64,000 nucleotides of DNA, taken from the NCBI GenBank assembly GCA_035318845.1, contig DATHDV010000213.1:267-64266 (forward strand). Direction: 5' to 3'. A program made the translations under genes and the position numbers. This DNA is from Chitinophagaceae bacterium (GTDB lineage Bacteria; Bacteroidota; Bacteroidia; Chitinophagales; Chitinophagaceae). The notes under the pieces are model-generated. The model did no database searches, was not told the DNA's origin, and saw nothing but the letters and a program-made list of their open reading frames with translations. This document shows, in pieces, positions 11,118-21,319 of the stretch (the stretch's first letter is position 1; every line of letters starts with the position of its first letter).

Positions 11118-11227
11118 ACTACTTCGCTAAGGCTTCGTAGTACAAACGTAAAATAGAAAAGCCCCGTTAACAGGGCCTTTCTTTCCCGGATCTAACGGGA
11201 TTCAACCTGTCCCGCAAAGGGCGGGAC
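11118..11227. repeat. Cluster of short palindromes (ACTAC..CTTCGCTAAGGCTTCG..GTAGT; TCCCG/CGGGA; GTCCCGC/GCGGGAC), possibly including the pspC terminator
   Basis: Three or four stems in 110 bp downstream of pspC. Confidence 0.55.
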
Positions 11228-11241
11228 TTCAACCATTCTTA

Positions 11242-13431
11242 TCAAAAAAATTGAACCGGGGAAAACTCAGGTGAGGAACTTCTGGCAAAAGCGTCTTCAT
11301 TGATTTTCGCTTTTTGTTTGATACGGCCATTTGATTTTTGCCCGTTTTTTTCCAGTTCTTTTATTTTTCTTTCATTCTCTTCATTTTGTTTTCTTAATTC
11401 TTCAATTCGTTTTTGGTTCTCATCGTTAGGTAAACTATCTGTTTTTTCGAACCGGTAATCATTATCCGGCTCTGTTGTTTCGGTTTTGCCGTCTGCTGCA
11501 ACAAGAATACCACCCACCGTCATGGTATAATCCATATTGGTACGGTAAGGAAAATCCTGCCGCTCATTGTTGTTAATTTCCAACCCGGTTATTCTGTTTC
11601 TCCTGTAACTCCTTTCCACTTTTATCTGGAAAGAATTTAATTTTCGTTTTACCGATTCATCAAACCTGATCTTCTTCCCTACCGGCACATAGATCTCCAA
11701 TTCTATATTCTGAACCCTGAATTTACTTTCCTTATCAATAGCATATCCGTTAGCAAGATCAAGGATGCTGTCTTTTGAAGTAACGCTGTATTGAGTTCTC
11801 TGCGCCCGGTCCATGGCATCCTGGTATGTCCTTCCGAAACTATATTTCTTCATGATGACCCGGAACGAATCAGTACTTGGATACACACTGAGTTTTACCG
11901 CTGCTATTTTTAAAGTATCCGGAGACAGGTCCCAACCATTAGAACCATCATTCATCCAGCCAAAGCCACCGCTGTATTCCAGTTCTGGTTGTGTAACGGC
12001 AACAATCATTTTACCATTTGCTGGTTGTGTAACGGGTACCGTGCTGTTTGCATGCTCATATTCACGGAAGTCTTTAAAAATGCTTGTTGCAAACATGATC
12101 ATTACTACCCAACCGATAAACCATAAACCGCCAAAGGTCCAGCCGAGATAATTATTCCTTGATTTTGCCCGGATGATCCGTCTTATTATCCATGTTATAA
12201 AACCTATCAATGGTACTATAAGAAAAAAGATCAACGTGCCCCAGGCAAATAGTTGCTGCCATTTACTGGTCCACAAAAAATTATTGATAGGCCACCAGGC
12301 CACGCCACCAAACAATAATGCAAGCAATGAAACAAATAATGCAAAAGCGATTGAGCCGGCGATGAACAGGAAGAATACTTTAAATATCACCCCGATCGCA
12401 TGGCCGAGGCCACTGCTGCTTCTGCGGGCCGTGTCCTTTACATCGGCAACAAACTCTTTTCCCCTGGTCCCGGCAAATTCTTTTGCTTTGCTGCTTAAGT
12501 TTTGTGCCGACTCTTTTACTTCTTCTCCCCATTCTTTCATACGGCCCTTCATGTCTGCCATTCCTTCTTTTACATTCTGCCGGATACGGTTTACGTCAAC
12601 GGTCTCACCCCGCATTTCCATTTTCTGGTAATCACTGTTGGCTTCCGGCAATACGATCCATAATATGATATAGGTAAGAATAAATACACCAGTCAGCGAT
12701 CCAAAACCAATATCAATTGCGAAGTCAAAATCATTATCCCAGGTCATCCTGTTCAGGATACGGATAAATATATTCAGCAGGATCGGCGCTGCAAATATTA
12801 AACGGATGCCTGTTGCCTTTTTACCAAAATAAGCGGCAAGCCCCCCGGCTACTCCACCAATGATCCTGTTATCCGGGTTCCTGTAAAGTCTTTTCCCGGA
12901 ATACCCATCAAGATCTTTTGGAGGTAATACGATCCATAAAATGATGTAGGCCAGGAAACCAATACCGGTACCAAATCCTATAATAGCAAATAATAATCTT
13001 ACAACAGCAGGATCTACGTTGAGATAAGCAGCCATACCACTGCACACACCGCCGATAAATTTATCATTCGTATCACGGTATAACCGGCCACGTGGTTTTT
13101 TTTCAGTGTAAGAATAATTTTGCTGGCTACTCTGCTGGGATTGAGATGTAGTTGCGTTTTCTTTTTCTTCCGCTTCAAAATCTTCGACGGTGCCCATGGA
13201 AGAAACAATTTCATTTACATCCGCATCTGTAATAGCTGAAGAACCGAGCCTGATCTTATCACTCATTAGTTCCGCAATGCGGCTTTCAATGTCATTGATG
13301 ATCTCGTCACGACCTTCCTCTTTGGCAAAGTAGCGGCGCAAACTTTCAATATATGCCTGCAACTTTTCATAAGCCGAATCTTCGATCGGTATCACCCGGC
13401 CGTTTAAGTTTATGTTGATGATCTTTTTCAT
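11242..13431 (-). CDS. PspC domain-containing membrane protein (two PspC repeats, TM region, C-terminal extracytoplasmic domain)
   Basis: RLYRDTNDKFIGGVCSGMAAYL and RLYRNPDNRIIGGVAGGLAAYF repeats; N-terminal MKKIININLNG typical of Bacteroidota padR-pspC operons. Confidence 0.9.
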   Translation of the reverse strand: MKKIININLNGRVIPIEDSAYEKLQAYIESLRRYFAKEEGRDEIINDIESRIAELMSDKIRLGSSAITDADVNEIVSSMGTVEDFEAEEKENATTSQSQQSSQQNYSYTEKKPRGRLYRDTNDKFIGGVCSGMAAYLNVDPAVVRLLFAIIGFGTGIGFLAYIILWIVLPPKDLDGYSGKRLYRNPDNRIIGGVAGGLAAYFGKKATGIRLIFAAPILLNIFIRILNRMTWDNDFDFAIDIGFGSLTGVFILTYIILWIVLPEANSDYQKMEMRGETVDVNRIRQNVKEGMADMKGRMKEWGEEVKESAQNLSSKAKEFAGTRGKEFVADVKDTARRSSSGLGHAIGVIFKVFFLFIAGSIAFALFVSLLALLFGGVAWWPINNFLWTSKWQQLFAWGTLIFFLIVPLIGFITWIIRRIIRAKSRNNYLGWTFGGLWFIGWVVMIMFATSIFKDFREYEHANSTVPVTQPANGKMIVAVTQPELEYSGGFGWMNDGSNGWDLSPDTLKIAAVKLSVYPSTDSFRVIMKKYSFGRTYQDAMDRAQRTQYSVTSKDSILDLANGYAIDKESKFRVQNIELEIYVPVGKKIRFDESVKRKLNSFQIKVERSYRRNRITGLEINNNERQDFPYRTNMDYTMTVGGILVAADGKTETTEPDNDYRFEKTDSLPNDENQKRIEELRKQNEENERKIKELEKNGQKSNGRIKQKAKINEDAFARSSSPEFSPVQFF

Positions 13432-13460
13432 TGTATTATTATTTGGTTGAATTAGGTTGA

Positions 13461-13811
13461 TTAGTTGTTCAATGGCTCATCAGATTTTTTGCTGGTCAGA
13501 GCATTCACTCCGTTTGAAAGTTCATTCCAGGTTTGCTCCAGTTCTTTGTAAAAACTGTTTCCTTTTTCTGTCAGCAAAAAATATTTGCGTGGCGGCCCCG
13601 AGTTGCTTTCAACCCAACGGTAGGTTAGCATTTCTGCGTTTTTCAAACGGGTGAGCAGGGGATACAATGTTCCTTCCAGTATCTGGAGATTGTTGGCCCG
13701 CATTTCCTCTACTATATCGCTGGGATAGGCTTCGCCCCGGCGAATAATAGAAAGAATGCAGAATTCCAGTATCCCTTTCCGCATCTGACTTTGTGTGTTT
13801 TCAATATTCAT
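13461..13811 (-). CDS. PadR family transcriptional regulator
   Basis: QMRKGILEFCIL, EGTLYPLLTRL, WVESNSGPPRKYF. Confidence 0.95.
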   Translation of the reverse strand: MNIENTQSQMRKGILEFCILSIIRRGEAYPSDIVEEMRANNLQILEGTLYPLLTRLKNAEMLTYRWVESNSGPPRKYFLLTEKGNSFYKELEQTWNELSNGVNALTSKKSDEPLNN

Positions 13812-13837
13812 ATCTCTTCATTTTATCTGGTATGGCA

Positions 13838-13878
13838 CAAAGATAGGGTGATATTTGGTACTATGCAACACAAAGTAC
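13838..13878 (-). promoter_or_regulatory. padR promoter (-7 TATCTTTG at 13838-13845) with adjacent GTACT-N11-AGTAC palindrome, a putative PadR operator
   Basis: Consensus -7 element; dyad GTACT(13858-13862)...AGTAC(13874-13878) over the -33 region. Confidence 0.6.
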
Positions 13879-14050
13879 TGTGTTTTTAAAAATATTTTCC
13901 TGAAATGAGAGTCCATAAGGCCTGAAACACAGTCTGGGCTTGATTAAAATAAAAAATAGAAATTTTTTAAACCGGCTTACCCGGTTTTTATAAATGGTGA
14001 AATAGCTGGATAAATGAACCAGTTCGGGCTGTTTTCGATTAATTTGCCAT

Positions 14051-15073
14051 ATGAAGAAACTGGTCTTATTGGCGATAATAATGGCATGTCTTTCCTCTTG
14101 TTCCAATAAATACCAAGCCCTCAGAGGCCATTACCAATTTAAAAGCCCGGATAGCAAACCCGACTACAGCAACCTGGATTATTGGGCTGCACATCCCTGG
14201 AAAAAAGACCCCTCGGATAGTGTGCCTGCGCCATTAAGAAATGAAATACGGGATTCCGTTGCTGATGTTTTCTTCCTGCATCCTACTACATTAACCTCGA
14301 TTCGAAAACTAAAACACAAGAATGCTGATGTTGATGATGATTATCTCAATGCCAAAACAGATTATTCAACCATTTTATTCCAGGCAAGTGTTTTCAACCA
14401 GCAATGCCGGGTATTTGCGCCAAGATACAGGCAGGCACATATCACCAATTTTTTTTCGAAGGACCAGGAAAAAAAAGACAAAGCTTTTGACCTTGCCTAT
14501 GAAGATCTGAAAAATGCATTTATCTATTATTTAAAAAACTGGAACCATGGAAGACCGGTCATTATCGCTTCACATAGCCAGGGAAGTTTGCTGGGGGAAC
14601 GTTTATTAAAAGAATTCTTTGAAGACAAACCACTTCAAAACAAATTGATCGCAGCTTATATAATTGGCTGGCCGGTTCCAAAAGAATACTTCACTTCCCT
14701 GAAAATGTGCGCTGATTCATTGCAGACCGGCTGCATCTGCAGCTGGCGGACACTCCGTAAAGGTTTTCTTCCTTCTTATCTAAAAAAAGAAAAGGGCAAC
14801 TCCTATGCTACCAACCCGCTTAACTGGGTCACTACGAATGAATATGCTTCTAAGAAATTGAATAAAGGAAGTGTGCTGACCAGGTTCAACAAAATATATT
14901 ACCAGACCTCCGATGCGCAGATCAGCAATGGGTTGTTGTATGTAAAAAAACCAAAGTTTCCCTGGAGCTTTGTATTCCTGATCAGGAACTACCATGTCGC
15001 TGATATTAATTTATTCTACCTGAATGTCCGGGAAAATATCAGGCAACGGATAAAAGCTTACCAGGAAAAATAA
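14051..15073 (+). CDS. DUF3089-type alpha/beta-hydrolase lipoprotein
   Basis: Lipobox CLSSC; DVFFLHPTT, VFAPRYRQA, nucleophile elbow ASHSQG, NYHVAD. Confidence 0.85.
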   Translation: MKKLVLLAIIMACLSSCSNKYQALRGHYQFKSPDSKPDYSNLDYWAAHPWKKDPSDSVPAPLRNEIRDSVADVFFLHPTTLTSIRKLKHKNADVDDDYLNAKTDYSTILFQASVFNQQCRVFAPRYRQAHITNFFSKDQEKKDKAFDLAYEDLKNAFIYYLKNWNHGRPVIIASHSQGSLLGERLLKEFFEDKPLQNKLIAAYIIGWPVPKEYFTSLKMCADSLQTGCICSWRTLRKGFLPSYLKKEKGNSYATNPLNWVTTNEYASKKLNKGSVLTRFNKIYYQTSDAQISNGLLYVKKPKFPWSFVFLIRNYHVADINLFYLNVRENIRQRIKAYQEK

Positions 15074-15625
15074 TTACTTGTTTCTTTCAAGATATAGGGT
15101 CTCTTTATCCCGGGGCTTTACCACTGCATACCGGGTGACTGCGTGAATGGTCATTTCATCAAGTATGTCAACTACATTTTTGTAAGTTGTTTCTTTTCCA
15201 GGTTTGATGATAACCACCATTTCATTTCTTCCTCCTTTGACACTGTCAAGTTGTAGTTGTTTTTCCCCAATTATTTTTCCGACCCCGTTCTTTTCGTCCC
15301 ATGAAATTTGAACCACCGGATTCTTTATACCGGCCTCTTTTTCTTCTCCATAATAATAAAATAGTTTATTGTCTGCCCCGGTTAAAAAGGTAATTGTCTT
15401 AGACGCTGCTGAAGGAGTCGACGGTCCGTCATACGGCATAATAAGGTTCATCGCTTTGGGCCGGCTTAGTTCTGTTGTGATAACAAAAAAACTGATCAGT
15501 AAAAACCCAAGATCAACCATCGGGGTCATGTCAATTTTCAGGTTATGCTTTTTCATACGCCGTACCCCGGCTTTGCTCCTGGGCGAAGTCGAAGGGTCAT
15601 TTATCGCAATATTTATATTGCTCAT
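15074..15625 (-). CDS. exbD: Biopolymer transporter ExbD/TolR
   Basis: IDMTPMVDLGFLLISFFVITT and VVDILDEM motifs. Confidence 0.9.
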   Translation of the reverse strand: MSNINIAINDPSTSPRSKAGVRRMKKHNLKIDMTPMVDLGFLLISFFVITTELSRPKAMNLIMPYDGPSTPSAASKTITFLTGADNKLFYYYGEEKEAGIKNPVVQISWDEKNGVGKIIGEKQLQLDSVKGGRNEMVVIIKPGKETTYKNVVDILDEMTIHAVTRYAVVKPRDKETLYLERNK

Positions 15626-15745
15626 ATAATCTTTTCATTTAGATACAGATGGCGCCCGTTTCCACAATAAAATCACTGTCCGGCATGATGATTGTCATGG
15701 TTTCCGGGGGTCGTTGTTTTTACTTTTATGTATAATATTTTAGTT

Positions 15746-16573
15746 ATGAAAACGATAATCATTCCAACCGATTTTTCTCCTGTTGCCACCAATGCCCTTC
15801 ATTATGGTATTGAGATGGCAAAAACCATTCATGCAAGTCTTTTGCTCCTCCATGTATATAATATCCCGGTAAGCTATTCAGAGGTACCGCTTATGCTGGT
15901 ATCGGTGGAAGAATTGCAAAAAAGCGCTGAGGGCAAGCTGGACGAACTTAAAAAAGAAGTAGAACATATCACTTCCGGTGCGCTGAAAGTTTATACAGAT
16001 GCCCGTCTGGGTAATTTAACAGACGAGTTGCAGGATATCAGCAACAAGGTTAATCCTTTTGCGATCGTAATGGGAACCAAAGGGAGTTCAGGTATTGAAA
16101 AAGTTCTTTTCGGAAGCAATACACTTTCAGTCATCCGTCATTTAACATCGCCGGTCATTTGTGTTCCCCCGGGTAAAACATTTGGAACGGGTATTAAGAA
16201 AATTGGTTTTGCCTGCGATTTCCGGGATGTAGTGAAAGCAACTCCCGCCCAATCCATTAAGGAATTTGCCAAAGAATTCAATGCCGAGTTGCATGTACTA
16301 AACGTTGATTATCACAACCAGCGTTTTGATCCCGAATCAAAAGAAGAATCGTTGCTGCTGCATACCATGCTGGAAGATGCAAAACCCGAATACCATTTTA
16401 TCGAACATAAAGACATTGAAGATGGCATCAACGAGTTTGCAGAAACAAATAACCTTGACCTGGTCATTTCAATTCCAAAGAAACATAAATTGCTGGAAGG
16501 GTTATTTAAAACAAGTTCAACGAAACAGCTTGTCTTTCAGTCACACATTCCGGTAATGTGTGTACATGAATAA
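15746..16573 (+). CDS. Universal stress protein (tandem USP)
   Basis: MKTIIIPTDFS, IVMGTKG, LFGSNT. Start moved to ATG 15746. Confidence 0.92.
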   Translation: MKTIIIPTDFSPVATNALHYGIEMAKTIHASLLLLHVYNIPVSYSEVPLMLVSVEELQKSAEGKLDELKKEVEHITSGALKVYTDARLGNLTDELQDISNKVNPFAIVMGTKGSSGIEKVLFGSNTLSVIRHLTSPVICVPPGKTFGTGIKKIGFACDFRDVVKATPAQSIKEFAKEFNAELHVLNVDYHNQRFDPESKEESLLLHTMLEDAKPEYHFIEHKDIEDGINEFAETNNLDLVISIPKKHKLLEGLFKTSSTKQLVFQSHIPVMCVHE

Positions 16574-16590
16574 ATATTTTTCGTTCTTCT

Positions 16591-19560
16591 TTATTCAACC
16601 AATACAAAGGCCGCCCAGTAATAGGGTGAATATTTTTTTCGCATATCGGCCTGCGCCTTTGCAAAGGCGGCATCGATCGTTTTTCCTTTGAGCCAATAAC
16701 TATAAAAAGCGGTCATCAATTCTGAGGTTTCTTTATCAGGAACTTTCCATAAACTGACGATCATTTTTTTTACACCCGCTATCTTAAAAGCACGTTGCAA
16801 TCCAAATACGCCCTCCGTGCCTTTTACATCACCCAATCCTGTTTCGCAGGCGCTGAGCACAACCAGTTCTGTATTGCTTAAGTTCAGTTGTGATATTTCG
16901 TAAGCTGTTACTATGCCATCTTCCATTCCTTCTATTGGTAGTTTGCCGCTCCATGCATAATTACCTCCCGAGAGTATCAAACCGCTTCTCAATAAAGGAT
17001 TGACAGCCGTGACAAATGCATTTCTCCCCGGGATCGCCGTATTGTTTTTGTTATTTTTTTCACGAAGAAAAAAACCATGTGTAGCAACAAATATTGACTG
17101 CGGTGATCTTTCACCCATATCCTTCAGGTTTTCTTCCGAAGCAGCGAGTCCTGTATATACACGGGAGGGGATCTTGTTATTGTCGAATAATTTTTTAATG
17201 TTCTTTATTTCCTCTCCTGTTCCCGAAAGCCGGGGCCATTCGCCGGTATTCATCTCGCTGTTGCCCGGTGTATAAATGCTGGTTGAAAAATTTTCCTTAG
17301 GCTGCATTCCTTTTTTTTGCCGGGCAAGCTGAATGCTATCCATGGAAAAAACAGCATCACCAAACAAAGAAATGCTGCTGGGCTTTTTATTTGTGCCGGC
17401 AGGATCCCTGAAAAGCAATTGTCTTGTGCTGGTATATTGACGAAGCTGGTAACGATCCATTAAGATAGATACACTGTCTGTTGCCAGCGCCTGGAAAGCG
17501 ATATTGTATAATTTCCCCGCCGGTGAATAGGATATTTTTTTTATACCCTTAAGATATGACTCAAGTGGCTGCCAGATGAGGTAATATAATTTGCCGGACA
17601 AAGTTGTTGTATCATTAACTGCTTTTGTTGTACCGGGATAAAATGTTTTTACAAAAACTTCCGATGTGCCGGCGGCTTTACCGGTTAGTTTTAGCAATTG
17701 CTTTTCTTCAAACAAAGGGACAAAAGCAGGAATGCTATCATTTTTTTTCAGGATAAACGCGGCGTAAATAATACTATCGGTTACATCTTTAGTAAATAAT
17801 CGGAAGCTAACGAATTCTATGGCCGCTTCACCTGTATCAAGTTTCTTTTGAACATCTTCCATTTTTACCCCGATCCCTGATCTCATATTTCGGAAAGAAG
17901 AAGAAAGCCGGACCAGTTCTTTTTCGAGGTTCTCCGTCTTCTCTTCTAATTGTTTCAGGCTTGTCCGACGTTTTACATCGGGTAATGAATATTCTTTGGC
18001 CAAAACCTTTTTATTCGCCTGCCATTGAGCCAGCTTGTTTTCAATTACGGTGTCTTTGCTTGACCGAATAGCTTCCAGTACGTTTTTGCTGTCGGTCAGT
18101 AACAGGGATTTTACCAGTAGTTGTATATTATAGTTCTCCCGGTAAAAAGATGCCGGGGCGGCCGGATAATTATATAACAAGCTGAGGTTACTCTCCTGTA
18201 AAAAAATATTTGATGTGAGATAATTCGCCTTTTCTTCTTCGGACAGGACGGCAAACATGTTCAGCAGGTTGAATTCTTTTATTTTATTTACTTCAGATAA
18301 AAGCGATATGGCTTCGCTGTAGCGACCGGCTCTTTGGTATAAAACAGCGAGGTTGTTGATCGTTGCTGCATAAGAATTATGAAGGCTGCCTGCTGTCGCT
18401 TTTGTAAGCTCTGCGGATCTGATATATGTTCTCTCTGCTTCTGTGATCCTGTTCGTATGGCTGTATAAATAAGCAATGTCATTTAAAGCTGCAGCGTATG
18501 CTTCTCCTGTTTTGTTTTTCTTTTCCTCAATGGCAGCAACCTTTAACAGCAATGGCTCAGCTTTACTGTACTGTTCCATGGCCAGGTAAAGCTGCCCGAG
18601 CGTTTTTGTAATGCTGATCCGCTGTGGCCAGTTCTCATCATACTCTTTTTCTGCTATGCTCATGGCAACAAGTAATGTTGCTTCCGCTTTTTCATATTCA
18701 ACCAGCATGTCATATTCTGAACCAAGATTAGTAAGGCACGTTATATACTCCGGGCTGCCGGGTCCTTTCGTTTTTTTGAAAATTTCAGCGGCTCTTTTGT
18801 AATAGCTTTCTGCTTTTTCGTGTTGACCTAAATCAGAATACAATACAGCCAGGTTATTCAGGCTGTTGGCATAGTCATCGCTTTCTTCCCCACTTGCTTT
18901 TTTCCTTAGTTCCATTGCCTTCAACATCAGGGGTTCGGCTTTTTCAGGATGGCCCATGTTTTTATAAACGATACCGAGGTTATTCATACTGGTAGTATAA
19001 GCGGGATCGTTCACGCCTTTTGTTTTTTCCAGTATCTCCATGGATCGTATAAAAATGGGAACCGCTTTTTCATACTGGCCAAGACTTTCATAAACTTTTG
19101 CAAGCTTGTTGGAGGCAGATGCATATTCCGGGTCTGATTCTCCTGCTGTTCTTTTATAATACTCCCTTGCTTCGGCAAGCAGGGGAACGGCTTTATCATC
19201 TTCTCCCATTGTATTGTAAACGATCGCCAGGACGCTGATCCCATCAATATATTCTTTGCTGTTTTCTCCTGCGATCTTTTTGTTGATCCTGTTCATCTCA
19301 ATCAACCGTTCTTCTGCTTTTTGGAATTCCCGGGTAAGCATGTAGGTCCCGGAAAGGAACCGGAGATATTTTGTATACATGGCACTTTCAGCGCCATACT
19401 TTTCCTTTACTATTATCAAAGCTTTTTCAGCAAAGGGAATTACCTGTTCATATTTTTTTTCCTTGTAATAATAAGCGACACTATCGAGTACTTCTGACGC
19501 TGTTTGACTTTTTACGGCAAGGGTGCTGAAGACCAGTAAGAGAAAAAGGAAGTATTTCAT
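16591..19560 (-). CDS. Exported TPR-repeat CHAT (caspase HetF-associated) protease
   Basis: Signal peptide; about 9-10 TPR repeats (..NNLAVLY..G.Y..A); catalytic VATHGFF and VVLSACETG; C-terminal PYYWAAFVLVE. Confidence 0.92.
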   Translation of the reverse strand: MKYFLFLLLVFSTLAVKSQTASEVLDSVAYYYKEKKYEQVIPFAEKALIIVKEKYGAESAMYTKYLRFLSGTYMLTREFQKAEERLIEMNRINKKIAGENSKEYIDGISVLAIVYNTMGEDDKAVPLLAEAREYYKRTAGESDPEYASASNKLAKVYESLGQYEKAVPIFIRSMEILEKTKGVNDPAYTTSMNNLGIVYKNMGHPEKAEPLMLKAMELRKKASGEESDDYANSLNNLAVLYSDLGQHEKAESYYKRAAEIFKKTKGPGSPEYITCLTNLGSEYDMLVEYEKAEATLLVAMSIAEKEYDENWPQRISITKTLGQLYLAMEQYSKAEPLLLKVAAIEEKKNKTGEAYAAALNDIAYLYSHTNRITEAERTYIRSAELTKATAGSLHNSYAATINNLAVLYQRAGRYSEAISLLSEVNKIKEFNLLNMFAVLSEEEKANYLTSNIFLQESNLSLLYNYPAAPASFYRENYNIQLLVKSLLLTDSKNVLEAIRSSKDTVIENKLAQWQANKKVLAKEYSLPDVKRRTSLKQLEEKTENLEKELVRLSSSFRNMRSGIGVKMEDVQKKLDTGEAAIEFVSFRLFTKDVTDSIIYAAFILKKNDSIPAFVPLFEEKQLLKLTGKAAGTSEVFVKTFYPGTTKAVNDTTTLSGKLYYLIWQPLESYLKGIKKISYSPAGKLYNIAFQALATDSVSILMDRYQLRQYTSTRQLLFRDPAGTNKKPSSISLFGDAVFSMDSIQLARQKKGMQPKENFSTSIYTPGNSEMNTGEWPRLSGTGEEIKNIKKLFDNNKIPSRVYTGLAASEENLKDMGERSPQSIFVATHGFFLREKNNKNNTAIPGRNAFVTAVNPLLRSGLILSGGNYAWSGKLPIEGMEDGIVTAYEISQLNLSNTELVVLSACETGLGDVKGTEGVFGLQRAFKIAGVKKMIVSLWKVPDKETSELMTAFYSYWLKGKTIDAAFAKAQADMRKKYSPYYWAAFVLVE

Positions 19561-19594
19561 CTTTTGCAAGTCTGTTGTATTCCAACAGGATTTA

Positions 19595-21037
19595 TTAAAA
19601 CTCTGCGCTTCCCGGTGTTCTTGGAAAAGCGATCACATCCCGGATATTTGTCATGCCGGTTACAAACTGGATCATTCTTTCAAAACCAAGACCGAAGCCC
19701 GCATGTGGTACGGTGCCGAAACGTCTTGTATCCAGGTACCACCAAAGTTCTTCAGCGGGAACATGCATTTCCTTCATCCTTTGCTCCAGCTTATCCAACC
19801 GTTCTTCTCTTTGAGAGCCGCCGACTATTTCTCCAATGCCCGGAGCAAGGATGTCCATAGCAGCAACTGTTTTCCCATCATCATTCTGCCGCATGTAAAA
19901 TGCTTTGATCTCTTTGGGATAATTGGAAAGGATAACAGGTTTTTTAAAATGTTTTTCCACTAAATATCTCTCATGTTCACTTTGCAGGTCCATGCCCCAG
20001 CCCGTGATCTCGTATTGAAACTTCTTTTTCTTGTTATGGTTGCTTTCTTTTAAAATATCAATGGCATCAGTATAGGTGAGGCGTTCAAAACTATTATTCA
20101 GTACAAATTCCAGTTTTTCGATGAGACCCATTTCACTTCTCTTATCCTGTGGTAATTGTTTTTCTTCTTCTGCTAATCGTTGTGCCAGGAATTCCAGGTC
20201 TTCCCGATTGTTATCCAAAGCATATTTAATAAGATACTTAATGAATTCTTCGGCAAGGTTCATATTATCTTCCAGGTCATAGAAAGCCATTTCGGGTTCT
20301 ATCATCCAGAATTCAGCAATATGTCTTGTTGTATTACTGTTCTCTGCACGAAATGTAGGACCAAATGTATAGATGTCCCCAAAAGCGGTGGCAGCTAATT
20401 CTCCTTCCAGTTGCCCGCTGACAGTCAGGTTGGTGGCACGGCCAAAAAAATCTTCTTTGAAATTCACAGCGCCATTTTCATTACGGGGCGTATTGTCAAA
20501 TGGAAGTGTTGTTACTTTAAACAATTCACCAGCGCCTTCTGCATCACTGCCTGTAATAATCGGCGTGTGCATGTAAACAAACCCTTTATCATTATAAAAT
20601 TTATGAATAGCAAATGCCAGTGCATGACGGACACGGAATACCGAACCAAATGTGTTGGTACGAAAACGCAGGTGAGCTTTTTCCCGTAAAAATTCCAGGC
20701 TCGGCCTGTTCTTTAGTTGTAAAGGATATTTTTCAGCATCGCTGTCTCCCAAAATTTCTATCGTTGCTGCTTTTATATCCATCTTTTGTCCCTTGCCCAA
20801 TGATGGCTCAGCAATACCTGTAACTTTCAACGAAGCCGAAGTGGTTATTCTTTTCAGCAGCTCATCATCAAACTTGCCCAACTCTACTACGATCTGCAGG
20901 TTATTATTGGTGCTGCCGTCATTCAAAGCTATAAACTGGTTGTTGCGAAATGTTCGCACCCATCCCATTACGGTTACCTGTTGCCCGGTTGGTTCCTGTG
21001 CCAGCAGTTCTTTTATTTTTATCCTTTTGTTGAACAT
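19595..21037 (-). CDS. asnS: Asparagine--tRNA ligase
   Basis: OB fold GWVRTFR; LTVSGQL; [11 protein letters not shown]; GFGLGFER. Confidence 0.97.
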   Translation of the reverse strand: MFNKRIKIKELLAQEPTGQQVTVMGWVRTFRNNQFIALNDGSTNNNLQIVVELGKFDDELLKRITTSASLKVTGIAEPSLGKGQKMDIKAATIEILGDSDAEKYPLQLKNRPSLEFLREKAHLRFRTNTFGSVFRVRHALAFAIHKFYNDKGFVYMHTPIITGSDAEGAGELFKVTTLPFDNTPRNENGAVNFKEDFFGRATNLTVSGQLEGELAATAFGDIYTFGPTFRAENSNTTRHIAEFWMIEPEMAFYDLEDNMNLAEEFIKYLIKYALDNNREDLEFLAQRLAEEEKQLPQDKRSEMGLIEKLEFVLNNSFERLTYTDAIDILKESNHNKKKKFQYEITGWGMDLQSEHERYLVEKHFKKPVILSNYPKEIKAFYMRQNDDGKTVAAMDILAPGIGEIVGGSQREERLDKLEQRMKEMHVPAEELWWYLDTRRFGTVPHAGFGLGFERMIQFVTGMTNIRDVIAFPRTPGSAEF

Positions 21038-21055
21038 TTTGAAATTTAAGAGCGC

Positions 21056-21063
21056 CAAAGGTA
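21056..21063 (-). promoter_or_regulatory. -7 promoter element TACCTTTG for asnS
   Basis: Consensus match 18 nt upstream of ATG 21037. Confidence 0.6.
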
Positions 21064-21100
21064 AGATTCATCAGGGAACCGGAGGATGAATGTAGGCCTG

Positions 21101-21142
21101 CAAATCCTGTCAGACGCTCTTCGAGACGTCAGACAGGATTTG
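21101..21142. repeat. Palindromic REP-like element CAAATCCTGTCAGACG-N10-CGTCAGACAGGATTTG
   Basis: 16-bp stem with one mismatch in the asnS/rho divergent region. Confidence 0.75.
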
Positions 21143-21319
21143 GCCAGAAATTTTTGATTTTCAGAAATTAGCCGTATCATTGCATTGGAAAGAGGCTGAT
21201 AAGTATAGTTCTCCCAAAGATGTGATTCCCGTTTACCCGCCGATTTCACTCAACATAAACCCAAAATTTTCAGTTTTAAGATTGGTACTGCGAGTTGTGA
21301 CTAACCTCAAGATGTTTAT

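Noticed and set aside
11085-11240. Possible glycine riboswitch upstream of gcvT
   Set aside because: Promoter element lies only 23 nt from the ATG, and no GGAGA/GAAG aptamer motifs are present
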